From a virus: a stretch of 64,000 nt of DNA. Below the pieces are notes generated by a model. That model made no database searches and was not told the origin of the DNA. It was given only the letters and a program-made list of their open reading frames with translations. This document shows, piece by piece, positions 46,112 to 55,603 of the stretch. Location: positions 1 to 64,000 of the IMG/VR virus record IMGVR_UViG_3300034375_010007. One strand, 5' to 3'. The position numbers were made by a program, and so were the translations under genes. The stretch's first letter is position 1. Each line of letters begins with the position of its first letter.

Positions 46112-49100
46112 ATGAGTTTTAAAACTTTATTCGATAAAGCCAAGAAAGTAAGCTCCCTCTCAAACAAATCATCAAAAGATATTGGTGCTGAAGTTGAGTC
46201 GGTTGGCTACCATAAAGAAGACATCATTCATGAAAAGCGTTACATTCCAAATGTAGACTTTTCAGATCCGTCTAGTTTCGCCCGTTATGGTTCTGCCGAA
46301 GAATATTACGTTCAGTCTATAGATAGAGTTAGCGAAACTTATCCTTATGATGGTTCTCTAAAAGAGAGGCTTGAATGGGAGAATGAATCGACTTACATCG
46401 ATCTGCATATTCTGGATAATTTATACCCTAGAACAAACGGGTATGCAATATTCTCGGCAGATGGCTGGGGATCTTCATCAGTAACGGAAACTTACGGTCT
46501 TTCTGATGACTTAGAGTATGTGTATTTTGAGGGAGGTCCGCATCCAAACCCCAATGGGATGACCCCATATTCATTGCAGTTCACGGGGTCCAATTACTAC
46601 GATGCAAGCACAAACCGCGAAAGCAATCTTAAATACGATCTTCAAGGCAATGGCGTAACAGTAGAATTTTGGCTGAATAAGAGTGAGTTCCTGACTTCCC
46701 TTACAGAGAAAGAAATAATTTTTGATCTTTGGAATGGTGAGACATACAATACCCCAACCTATGGTCGCTTAACGATTGAGCTTACTGGTGCTGCTGATGG
46801 GCAAAATCCATTTTTGATTACTGCTTTATCTGGTACAACTGGCATCACAAGGCAGACATTAACAAACGATTCTACTTTCACAACGGCATCTGTTGCTGAT
46901 GGATCTTGGCACCATTATGCTGTTAGTCTTATGTCAGCCTCGGCTGGTATCGAAACAAAATTTTATATTGATGGTTCACTAAGGAGTACAATAACGCAAG
47001 GGTCGTCTGGTATTAATGAAGTTACCGGCGCCTTGCGAGCAAACCTAGCAGCTGCTGTTACGAGTCCCGCAGCGACATCTGCGCCGGCGTATTCGGGTAA
47101 ATTATCTGGCTCGTTAGACGAATTTAGATACTGGAAGACCCAAAGAAGCTCCAAAGACGTAGGTAGATACTTTATCAGCCAAGTCGGAGGTGGTACAAAC
47201 TCTGACCCAGAGCCCTTCACGGACACACGGGAAGATGTTAACACAAAGCTGGGTGTTTATTACAAGTTCAATGAAGGAATTACTGGGATAGCTGCGACAG
47301 ACAGCGTAGTTTTGGATTACGCAGGTCGCGTCACAAATGGTGCTTGGACTGGATATGGAACAAATTCAAGAAACACGGGGTCCGCGATAGTTCTTTCCAA
47401 CGCGGCAACAAAAGAATTTTTAGATCCAATTATTAGATCAAATCACCCCGATGTTGTAGCGCTTAGGGCAGGATTGGCTAGTTCTGGCTCGGTATACGAT
47501 GTCAACAACAATGCTTCCATATATAATTCAATACCTGCTTGGATCACAGAAGAAGATTCAGAGGGCGAAAAGCAAGTAAAATACTTAACCCAAATCATCT
47601 CTAGCTATTTTGATACCCTCCATATTCAGACTTCTGAATTAAACAATCTAAAGAATGTTGAATATGTAAGCGGCAGTGATAAGCCATTTCCCTATTCTTA
47701 TAAGAAGCTTAACGCACATGGCTTTGTATCTCCGGAGATTTTTCTTGATGCCGATGTGTTGGAAAAGTTGGCCGATAGAAGTGAAGACAGGATCTATGAC
47801 AAATCTTTAAATGATATTAAAAACATCATTTACCAGAACATTTACAACAACTTAACTTACATTTACAAATCTAAGGGAACTGAGAAATCCTTTAGAAACC
47901 TGATTCGCTCATTCGGAATCGATGATGAGTTGATAAAACTCAACATGTATGCTCAGAACACTGAGTACGAATTCCGAGAGAATAGAAGAAATATTCTTGT
48001 TAACGATAAACTTGTTAACTTTAACAGCGAGACTAACAAGAGTGCTGTTGTATACTCGTTTTCATCGTCTGTAAATCCAAATTCAACTGGAGTTATCCCC
48101 GAGGCGACACAACTTACAGGTGGCTATGCTATAACGTTGGAGGCGGATGTCACTTTCCCAACAAAGCCGCTTGAATCTCAGGATGCAAATTACTTCTTTA
48201 CGAATGCTATAAGTTCCTCTGTATTTGGTATTCACGGCGCCGTCGCTGACCAGACAGACACAACTTGGAACAGCACCGATGCTGTGAACTTCCAAGTGCT
48301 TTCGATTCGCGACGAGCTAAACTCTGATAATGCATACTTTATGCTTACCGGAACAGTCGGCGGATATGTACCGCAATTAACCTCATCTCTTTATGAAGAC
48401 CTTTACACCGATTCCACTTGGAACCTATCAGTCAGAATAAAGCCAGAAAATTATCCTTTATCCAATTTTGTTGATGGCGCAGACACCGGGAATTACACTG
48501 TTGTGTTTGGTGGTGTTGAAGTTAGATCCGGCGAAGTTGTAAACACCTTTACAGTTTCTGGAACAGTTAACTCCCCACCAGACTCGTTTATAAGTGGCTC
48601 TAGAAGAGTTTTCCTCGGCGCCCACAGAACAAATGTCACCGGAGCAATCTTACAAACTTCTGATGTAAAGATTAACTCTTGTAGGTTCTGGCTGGATTAC
48701 GTTGAGGACAAGGCTCTACGCGAGCACGCACTTGACACAGAAAACCACGGTGCGCTACGCCCAAGCTTGTATGCTTTCCCATGGGATACTGATGCGACGT
48801 ATGGCGAAGTATCCAAATTAGATACGCTGGCATTTAACTGGGAGTTCAGTGAGAACACGGGCTCAAATGCATCTGGTGAGTTCACAGTACAAGATGAGTC
48901 TTCAGGATCAGCAACTTTGGCTTCAACAAGATTCGGTTGGATTGGCGATGTAGTTAATCAGCAGGTAACTGCAAAAGCATTTGGATTTGAACCATCATCT
49001 ACATCAGCCATCAAAAAGGACTTTATTGTTGCGGCCCGACTGAACGAACTGGAGACAATTGCGCCGTCCGAAACAGTGCAAGTTCTAAGTGCTCAAGATC

Positions 49101-52100
49101 AAAAGGAATTCAAGATTGATTCCCGACCAATAAACTACTTCTTTGCTTTCGAAAAGAGCATGAGCAAAGTTATTTCCGAAGAGATGATTAATGCATTCGG
49201 AAGCCTTAAAGACTTTAATAACTTAATTGGCGAGGGAGTCAACAGATACCGTGATGAATATAAAGCTCTTAAGTTTGTAAGACAGAAGTTCTTTGAGAAG
49301 GTTGGAAATGATGAGATTGATTTTGATCGTTTCTACGAGTTCTATAAATGGTTTGATTCATCACTATCGTTTATGTTGGGGCAGCTTGTCCCAGCATCGG
49401 CAGAGTTTGCCGACAATGTTCGAACAGTTGTAGAAAGCCATGCTTTAGAGAGAAGCAAGTACAGAAATGTTTTCCCGTTTATTGATAGTGAAAAGTCGGT
49501 TTTCGAAGCAACAGCATCATCAAATGTAGATTACGGAGAAGCTATTTCATCACCAGATGATGATCCGCAGGGAACGGGCTTCTATCCTGCTCATGCGCCT
49601 AGAAGAAGAGCGGTGGGATTGACACCACGGGATTTGGTGAAAAAGTGGAAGTACGTTCACGCACCCGAAGATGGAGATCAAAAGAAAAACTATCTTTGGT
49701 GGAAGAACAAAGCCGAAAGAGACAATCCTACAATTACCGAAAACAGCGCTGTAGACAACTCCAGAGGAGCAATACTGTCTGTTATCGAGCAAGTATCCAT
49801 TAGAGAGAATAACAGACCATATCGCTTCTCTGTCGGAGGAACGAAAGTCTTAGGCGGCGTCGGACAACATCAAAACAAGGATGTTAATTTTGTTTTCCAA
49901 GCAACCCAGCCGTATGGTCCAACCATCACGGCGACTAATATTCCAATTAACATCATGCTGTCGTTCGATACAGAAGTGGAAAGGCTGCTAGATACAGAAG
50001 ACGAATTCTTCCCAACATATAAGCAAAGATTGGGATTTGGGTTAGACCCCGATATCAACAGAAGTAACAATAGTAAACTGAAGATGAATGGTAATAAGTT
50101 GGCTCCGTTCAGCTTATATGAGACATCAGAGCAAACAACTTTTAATGCTACAATTTCTAGTTCCTATAAGCCGGGTGTTACTGTCACCAACCTACACCAT
50201 GATTTTGTTGTGGACACTGATATAACCGCCCAGAGTCCATTCACAGAGAAGTTTGTTGGTGGTAGATATTACCGACATACGGAAATCAACGATGGCACCG
50301 ACACAAGAGAAACTAGGGCAGAAGGTTTTCGTTTAGCACTTGGTCTCAACTCAGCAAGCTCTAACATCCCTGTAGGCGCTTCTGGTGCTCTTGGTATTAT
50401 TCCTCCAAACTACCCGTTCCTTGATTCGCCATCAGGCTCAGCGCCACATGGATGGCTTCCAGAACTTCCTACAGCACAGCGCTTCCGCGATGAAACAGCA
50501 AAGCGTCCTGTGAACATAAAGAACATTTTGATGACGACTGCTTCGGTTGGAACACGCCTTTCGGGAACAATTGTTCACAACCAAATCGGTAACTATCAAA
50601 AGAATTATCAAGTTGTACAGACATCTGGCCGTTCTATTAACGACCCATTCTTCCAAGATCAGTCATTTAGTTTCGCACCAAATCCAGAAACACTTGCGAC
50701 AAGAGGACGTTTTCCTCTTGTGGAAGACTCAACAGAAAATACTGGTGGTGATTTGGATTACCAGTTACCTAATCGAGTTGGCGCGAATTCTAACAAGACA
50801 GTATTTGTTAACTTATTTTCGTCCCCCGGATCGTATGAAGTTATGTCTAGGGGCTACAGAGATCCCGCACACGAAGAGCTATCTGTCTATAATGCTTTGC
50901 CATATCGTAATCTTGGCATTATTAATAGAGGGCTATCAGGCTCCAATACAGATAATACTCTAACAGGATCAATTAGAGTTGATGATCATATCGGAAAGCC
51001 CCGAGGTTTAAATCAGTTAGCGACTTTGCACGCCGGCGCTTTTGGTCATGACCCTGTTTTTGGTTCGGTGCCTGAATTAACATATATAACAACGCCTTCT
51101 TGGCACAAGACAAATAGAAATGCAAAGACAAGAGTTGTAGAAGGTGGATTAAACGAGTCGGTGTTCGATAACTTATTTGTGCAGCATGCAATCCCGCGCT
51201 CTACGCAGCAGTATTCCTGGGTTACGGCGTCATTAGATTACGGATTGACAATCTACGGACTCCAGGCGCCAACCTGCTATAGCGCTAGCGCACTGTCGGA
51301 ATTAATTATAACTGGCTCTGATTATGAAGATCTTACTTTTGTTGGTCTTAACACGGCTATTGTTGATCCTTTGACAGCTTCATCACATATTCTAGGGTTT
51401 CCTCTGGCGGCTAATGCTAGTGCTTCTTACAACAATGATGATTATTGGGAGCCTCCTTCACTAGACACAGGCGCAGATTACTTTAATTTTGTAATTACAA
51501 CCAGAAATGGTCCATGGGGCTACCCAACTTGGAAGCAAATTAGAACCGGTGAAACAAAGGTTGCGAGAAAGCTTCGCGAAACAAATCAGATTGGATTGGT
51601 TACAACACCTCCACAAGTTCCTGTTTTGGCGGCGGGGGGAGCAGCATATCAATATGTTCAACCATTAAGACCTAATAGTTTTGTTGATTATACGGAGCAA
51701 CCAATTAGCTCTCGTTATTCGCCAACGTCAGTTTTGTTGGAAGACAACTCAGAGGACTCTGATCCACTAAACGATATTTCTTTGAAAGTAACTTATGGTA
51801 ATGAGTTGGATTTATTTTCCAATGAATCTTTAAACAATAGATTAAACATCCCAGTTCCTGATTTAACAAATAATACATTAAACAGAGTATTTGATTATGT
51901 GGTTGGAAGTAACCTAAGCACCATCATTGATTACGAAGAGAGAATATATCCAGCAGAAATAAATGCTTATAAGAACTCTGTTAGAAGAAGAACAGAATTT
52001 TCTATCACAAATATATGGGATAATGATCGCACAAATCGCTCTACTACATACGGCGGTAATGATAACTCGCAGGGTGTGAATATTGAAAGTTCTTCTATAT

Positions 52101-54616
52101 GGCCTCTAGACGGGCACCTTGACTTTGCTACTACGCAATCTGTAGAGGTAAGGGATGGCGCTGGTGAATTGCTGAACTCATACTCAAGGTTTGCTCAGAC
52201 TTCTGCAAATATAAGACCGGCTGTTACATACGCACAGAGAGTGCCGGCTGGATCCTCTTCTGCGGGGGGAGATAAGGTTTTTGCCGGAGATGCTTTGTGG
52301 GAAGCCGGAACTCAGTCGGGCAAAACTCCTTACGAGAGTTATGACTCTTATTCACAATACATTGCATTAGTAGGTAAGGATTATTCTATTGTTCCAGAAT
52401 TTAGGATTAGCGAGTTGTTTGAAACTTATATTGAGGACAACGGTGGCGACTTCCTAGCAGAAATTAATAATACTTTTAACTTAACTGGAGCATCTATTAC
52501 AGATTCAAGCGTTGATGATTTTTATAGAGTATATTCTAATTCAGATTTTATGAAGTATTTCTCTGTTGTAGATGATAGTTTAAACGATCAAAGGTCAGGA
52601 GACCTAAAAATTCAGAGAGATAAAGCAGCAATCCGCTGTAATGCCATCACTAAATTCTTGCCATATAAGGGATTCTATCCTGCCGAAAGAGTTGTGGAAT
52701 TGGGAACATTATTCTCTCAATCCTACGGACCGCAAATTCTTGCAAAGCTGGGTGGCACCGTCACGCAACAGCAGGCTTATAGAGTTCTGCTGGAGCCAAT
52801 GATGTCTCCGGGAATTTTATGTAATACAATTAAATCTGGTATTGCTGTTAGTTACCCTGTTCTAGTCAACACTGCCTCAAATGCCGACGATGCGGCTGGT
52901 AATGCTAGTTTGTTAGCTGACAGGCGAGTTGATGGTACAAATACAACGCTATTCGAAGGCGTGGTTAAATACCCGAAAGTTCTAATACAATATGCTTTAA
53001 GCAACGGAGAAATGACTAGGCCAGAGGCTAGTGGTTCAACTAACGAAGTCCTACCATTTGAAACAATATACCGCCCTGAAAATTACTTAACTCCAGAGTA
53101 TTTAACCGGCTCCGGTGCTATTTTTGATAGCGGGGTTGATAATAATTCACTGCTTGATACGAGCGCCGGCCCATTATACGTTAAGTTTGTGGATGGCAAG
53201 AAGCTTTATCGTCATGCGATTGATAACTTTTTATGTGCCACAACAGAGTTTTTCACAAACTCGCCAGCTGCTTTTGTGTCTAATCGCGAGGATCAGTTTA
53301 ATCATGTAACAAGCGGTTCTACATATGACATGGAAGTTGAACTTTATAGAACTCGACGCGCCCACAACGGAGAAATCGTTGTTGATACCTCCTCTTTTGA
53401 CATGTACGTTCGAGAGTCCGCATTCGGTAACCCGCTATCTCCGTCCGGAGTCTATGCCGGTCAAGCTACATTTGATCATGTGACGCCTCCTTATTTCTCT
53501 GGCTCTGCAAAGGCAACAATAACATACACTCCGACCACTACAGGAAAGCCAACACTAGATGACATTCTAGCAAACTCAACCTTTGCATATAGTCGTGATG
53601 TGAGTGGATCATCTCCATCGGACTTTAGAATGAATGTGGATTCATGCTTAAATCTCACAGACTATTTTGCATCTGTTCCGGCTGGAACAAATTCGCAATC
53701 TAAATCATGGCTAATTCAAAGCAAGTTTGAAACACCAGTCCTGAACTTTGCTGGCATTGTGCCAACTAACACAACATCTAGTTTGGTTGATTCGGGCGTC
53801 TCTACGGCAGAACAATTGAAAACCGGAGGAATGTGGCACCTGTATGGAAACCTGCCAAATAATTCTAGAGAAGGAATTTTCATTACCCTGAAGGATACAA
53901 AGTCTAATCTTTCATTAGCAGACGTTTGTGGGTTTGACACAGGAGTCCCACAAAGAGTGGGAGAAGTAAGAGAAGCTGGTTTGCTGGAAGAGGCAGTTGT
54001 GGCTGTGCCATTCATAGAGACAAGCAACAGAAGAAAATTCTTCACAATGTCCAAAGAAGAGTCACAACATAGAGTTGTCGCATCAGGACTACAAAAGTAT
54101 GTTTTCCCGCCAAGGTTTGATTTTGTTACCAACAAATCAGTTAAGCCAATATTGATGTACATGTTTGAATTTAGTGCCAAGGTAACCAAACAAGACATAG
54201 CGGATATGTGGCAGAACCTACCTCCAGATATTAGTGAAAAGTTTGAACAAAAAGAAGCTATAATTGATGATGACAGAATTCTAGAACTTCTAGCCACAAA
54301 GTCAAACGAAATTAAATGGATGGTATTCAAAGTCAAGAAGCGCGCCAGCAAGTCTTACGAGAAGTTTAGAAGATCTCTCGTCACAGACGATACAAGCGCC
54401 ATTCCGGATAGCATTGGTAATTACTCATACAACTGGCCATACGATTACTTCTCTCTTGTAGAACTAGTTAAGATTGATGAAACAATAAGGTATTCCTCTG
54501 TAGACCTAACAGATAAGCCAGACAGCAAGGTTGAGATAGTAGGAAATGTTAATGTCCAGGGTGTTCCGGGTAGCCCACCTCCCGTGATCACACTGCCAGA
54601 GGGATCTGAAGGATAA
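46112..54616 (+). CDS. Giant baseplate/tail protein with LamG/ConA-like domains (2834 aa)
   Basis: TVEFWL, DGSWHHYAVS, SGSLDEFRYW, YYKFNEG; YIYKSKGTEKS (wedge-like). Confidence 0.75.
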   Translation: MSFKTLFDKAKKVSSLSNKSSKDIGAEVESVGYHKEDIIHEKRYIPNVDFSDPSSFARYGSAEEYYVQSIDRVSETYPYDGSLKERLEWENESTYIDLHILDNLYPRTNGYAIFSADGWGSSSVTETYGLSDDLEYVYFEGGPHPNPNGMTPYSLQFTGSNYYDASTNRESNLKYDLQGNGVTVEFWLNKSEFLTSLTEKEIIFDLWNGETYNTPTYGRLTIELTGAADGQNPFLITALSGTTGITRQTLTNDSTFTTASVADGSWHHYAVSLMSASAGIETKFYIDGSLRSTITQGSSGINEVTGALRANLAAAVTSPAATSAPAYSGKLSGSLDEFRYWKTQRSSKDVGRYFISQVGGGTNSDPEPFTDTREDVNTKLGVYYKFNEGITGIAATDSVVLDYAGRVTNGAWTGYGTNSRNTGSAIVLSNAATKEFLDPIIRSNHPDVVALRAGLASSGSVYDVNNNASIYNSIPAWITEEDSEGEKQVKYLTQIISSYFDTLHIQTSELNNLKNVEYVSGSDKPFPYSYKKLNAHGFVSPEIFLDADVLEKLADRSEDRIYDKSLNDIKNIIYQNIYNNLTYIYKSKGTEKSFRNLIRSFGIDDELIKLNMYAQNTEYEFRENRRNILVNDKLVNFNSETNKSAVVYSFSSSVNPNSTGVIPEATQLTGGYAITLEADVTFPTKPLESQDANYFFTNAISSSVFGIHGAVADQTDTTWNSTDAVNFQVLSIRDELNSDNAYFMLTGTVGGYVPQLTSSLYEDLYTDSTWNLSVRIKPENYPLSNFVDGADTGNYTVVFGGVEVRSGEVVNTFTVSGTVNSPPDSFISGSRRVFLGAHRTNVTGAILQTSDVKINSCRFWLDYVEDKALREHALDTENHGALRPSLYAFPWDTDATYGEVSKLDTLAFNWEFSENTGSNASGEFTVQDESSGSATLASTRFGWIGDVVNQQVTAKAFGFEPSSTSAIKKDFIVAARLNELETIAPSETVQVLSAQDQKEFKIDSRPINYFFAFEKSMSKVISEEMINAFGSLKDFNNLIGEGVNRYRDEYKALKFVRQKFFEKVGNDEIDFDRFYEFYKWFDSSLSFMLGQLVPASAEFADNVRTVVESHALERSKYRNVFPFIDSEKSVFEATASSNVDYGEAISSPDDDPQGTGFYPAHAPRRRAVGLTPRDLVKKWKYVHAPEDGDQKKNYLWWKNKAERDNPTITENSAVDNSRGAILSVIEQVSIRENNRPYRFSVGGTKVLGGVGQHQNKDVNFVFQATQPYGPTITATNIPINIMLSFDTEVERLLDTEDEFFPTYKQRLGFGLDPDINRSNNSKLKMNGNKLAPFSLYETSEQTTFNATISSSYKPGVTVTNLHHDFVVDTDITAQSPFTEKFVGGRYYRHTEINDGTDTRETRAEGFRLALGLNSASSNIPVGASGALGIIPPNYPFLDSPSGSAPHGWLPELPTAQRFRDETAKRPVNIKNILMTTASVGTRLSGTIVHNQIGNYQKNYQVVQTSGRSINDPFFQDQSFSFAPNPETLATRGRFPLVEDSTENTGGDLDYQLPNRVGANSNKTVFVNLFSSPGSYEVMSRGYRDPAHEELSVYNALPYRNLGIINRGLSGSNTDNTLTGSIRVDDHIGKPRGLNQLATLHAGAFGHDPVFGSVPELTYITTPSWHKTNRNAKTRVVEGGLNESVFDNLFVQHAIPRSTQQYSWVTASLDYGLTIYGLQAPTCYSASALSELIITGSDYEDLTFVGLNTAIVDPLTASSHILGFPLAANASASYNNDDYWEPPSLDTGADYFNFVITTRNGPWGYPTWKQIRTGETKVARKLRETNQIGLVTTPPQVPVLAAGGAAYQYVQPLRPNSFVDYTEQPISSRYSPTSVLLEDNSEDSDPLNDISLKVTYGNELDLFSNESLNNRLNIPVPDLTNNTLNRVFDYVVGSNLSTIIDYEERIYPAEINAYKNSVRRRTEFSITNIWDNDRTNRSTTYGGNDNSQGVNIESSSIWPLDGHLDFATTQSVEVRDGAGELLNSYSRFAQTSANIRPAVTYAQRVPAGSSSAGGDKVFAGDALWEAGTQSGKTPYESYDSYSQYIALVGKDYSIVPEFRISELFETYIEDNGGDFLAEINNTFNLTGASITDSSVDDFYRVYSNSDFMKYFSVVDDSLNDQRSGDLKIQRDKAAIRCNAITKFLPYKGFYPAERVVELGTLFSQSYGPQILAKLGGTVTQQQAYRVLLEPMMSPGILCNTIKSGIAVSYPVLVNTASNADDAAGNASLLADRRVDGTNTTLFEGVVKYPKVLIQYALSNGEMTRPEASGSTNEVLPFETIYRPENYLTPEYLTGSGAIFDSGVDNNSLLDTSAGPLYVKFVDGKKLYRHAIDNFLCATTEFFTNSPAAFVSNREDQFNHVTSGSTYDMEVELYRTRRAHNGEIVVDTSSFDMYVRESAFGNPLSPSGVYAGQATFDHVTPPYFSGSAKATITYTPTTTGKPTLDDILANSTFAYSRDVSGSSPSDFRMNVDSCLNLTDYFASVPAGTNSQSKSWLIQSKFETPVLNFAGIVPTNTTSSLVDSGVSTAEQLKTGGMWHLYGNLPNNSREGIFITLKDTKSNLSLADVCGFDTGVPQRVGEVREAGLLEEAVVAVPFIETSNRRKFFTMSKEESQHRVVASGLQKYVFPPRFDFVTNKSVKPILMYMFEFSAKVTKQDIADMWQNLPPDISEKFEQKEAIIDDDRILELLATKSNEIKWMVFKVKKRASKSYEKFRRSLVTDDTSAIPDSIGNYSYNWPYDYFSLVELVKIDETIRYSSVDLTDKPDSKVEIVGNVNVQGVPGSPPPVITLPEGSEG

Positions 54617-54619
54617 TAA

Positions 54620-55603
54620 ATGAGCTTTTTTGACAAAAAAGAAGAAGTCATAGAAATGAAGTTGACTGAGTATGGTAAAAGAAAGCTTGAGCTTGGTCGC
54701 CTAAATCCAACTTTTTACGCGTTCTTTGACGATGATATTCTGTACAATACAGAAGCAGCCGGATTCACGGAGGCGCAGAATGATGCAGACAGAAGAATTC
54801 GTTTTGATACGCCTTCTCTTAGGGTCCAAAAAAGCACGACAGGTGCAGAAACAAGAGTTAACCAGTTTTTGGATGATGTTTCTGATCAACTACAAGAGAA
54901 GACTGGTAGTGCCGGGCAATATCTTATTTCTGAAAATTCTGTTGCATTTGTTAATGCTTTTCAAGACACGCCACAGTTTGCGCAAAAGTTTTTCTTAGGA
55001 TCGGATCCCCTCGGAACAAGTGATTTAAAAACTCAGTATGCTCCAGCATGGCATATTAACGCCCTAGCAGGAGAGATAAGCTCTAGCCAGTATTATCAAA
55101 CCGTCAACCTTACATCAAGCAATACGAGTCTTGCAAATGGAATTGTTAGAAACATTCCACAATTAGATATTACAATTGACTATAAAACTTTCTATTCATC
55201 AGACAATGAAATAGATGATCTTACGGGCGAAGCAGCAGAAAAAATTGTTAGGCTGACTCAAGATAATGATGCTGGTGTAGCATTATACATGCAAGAAAAT
55301 TATTTAGTTTTAGATATTGTTGAAAGAAACTCGGACAACTTAAAAGAGAATTTTGAAATAGAAGTGTTTCTCTCGGGCTCGGATGGAACTTATTCCAAAA
55401 AGACTTTCTTAACAGAGCAAGATTTAGCTGTTGGTATGGACGACCAAAAAGTTGAATATTATGCAAACATACTTGTTGATACTGAGATGCCAAACGAGGC
55501 TATCAGCAGGCTAAATATACAAGAAAGCACACTTAAGGGTACAATCGCCAGAACACAGCTTTCTAGAAACCTATATACTTCTGATAATGAGGAGCCTTGC
55601 TAA
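54620..55603 (+). CDS. Virion structural protein (N-terminus paralogous to 62561)
   Basis: LTEYGKRKL..G.....YAFFDDDILY. Confidence 0.65.
   Translation: MSFFDKKEEVIEMKLTEYGKRKLELGRLNPTFYAFFDDDILYNTEAAGFTEAQNDADRRIRFDTPSLRVQKSTTGAETRVNQFLDDVSDQLQEKTGSAGQYLISENSVAFVNAFQDTPQFAQKFFLGSDPLGTSDLKTQYAPAWHINALAGEISSSQYYQTVNLTSSNTSLANGIVRNIPQLDITIDYKTFYSSDNEIDDLTGEAAEKIVRLTQDNDAGVALYMQENYLVLDIVERNSDNLKENFEIEVFLSGSDGTYSKKTFLTEQDLAVGMDDQKVEYYANILVDTEMPNEAISRLNIQESTLKGTIARTQLSRNLYTSDNEEPC

Noticed and set aside
53716-54351. 211-aa minus-strand ORF and other short antisense ORFs in the track
   Set aside because: Nested opposite long + strand genes, with no SD or recognisable motifs.
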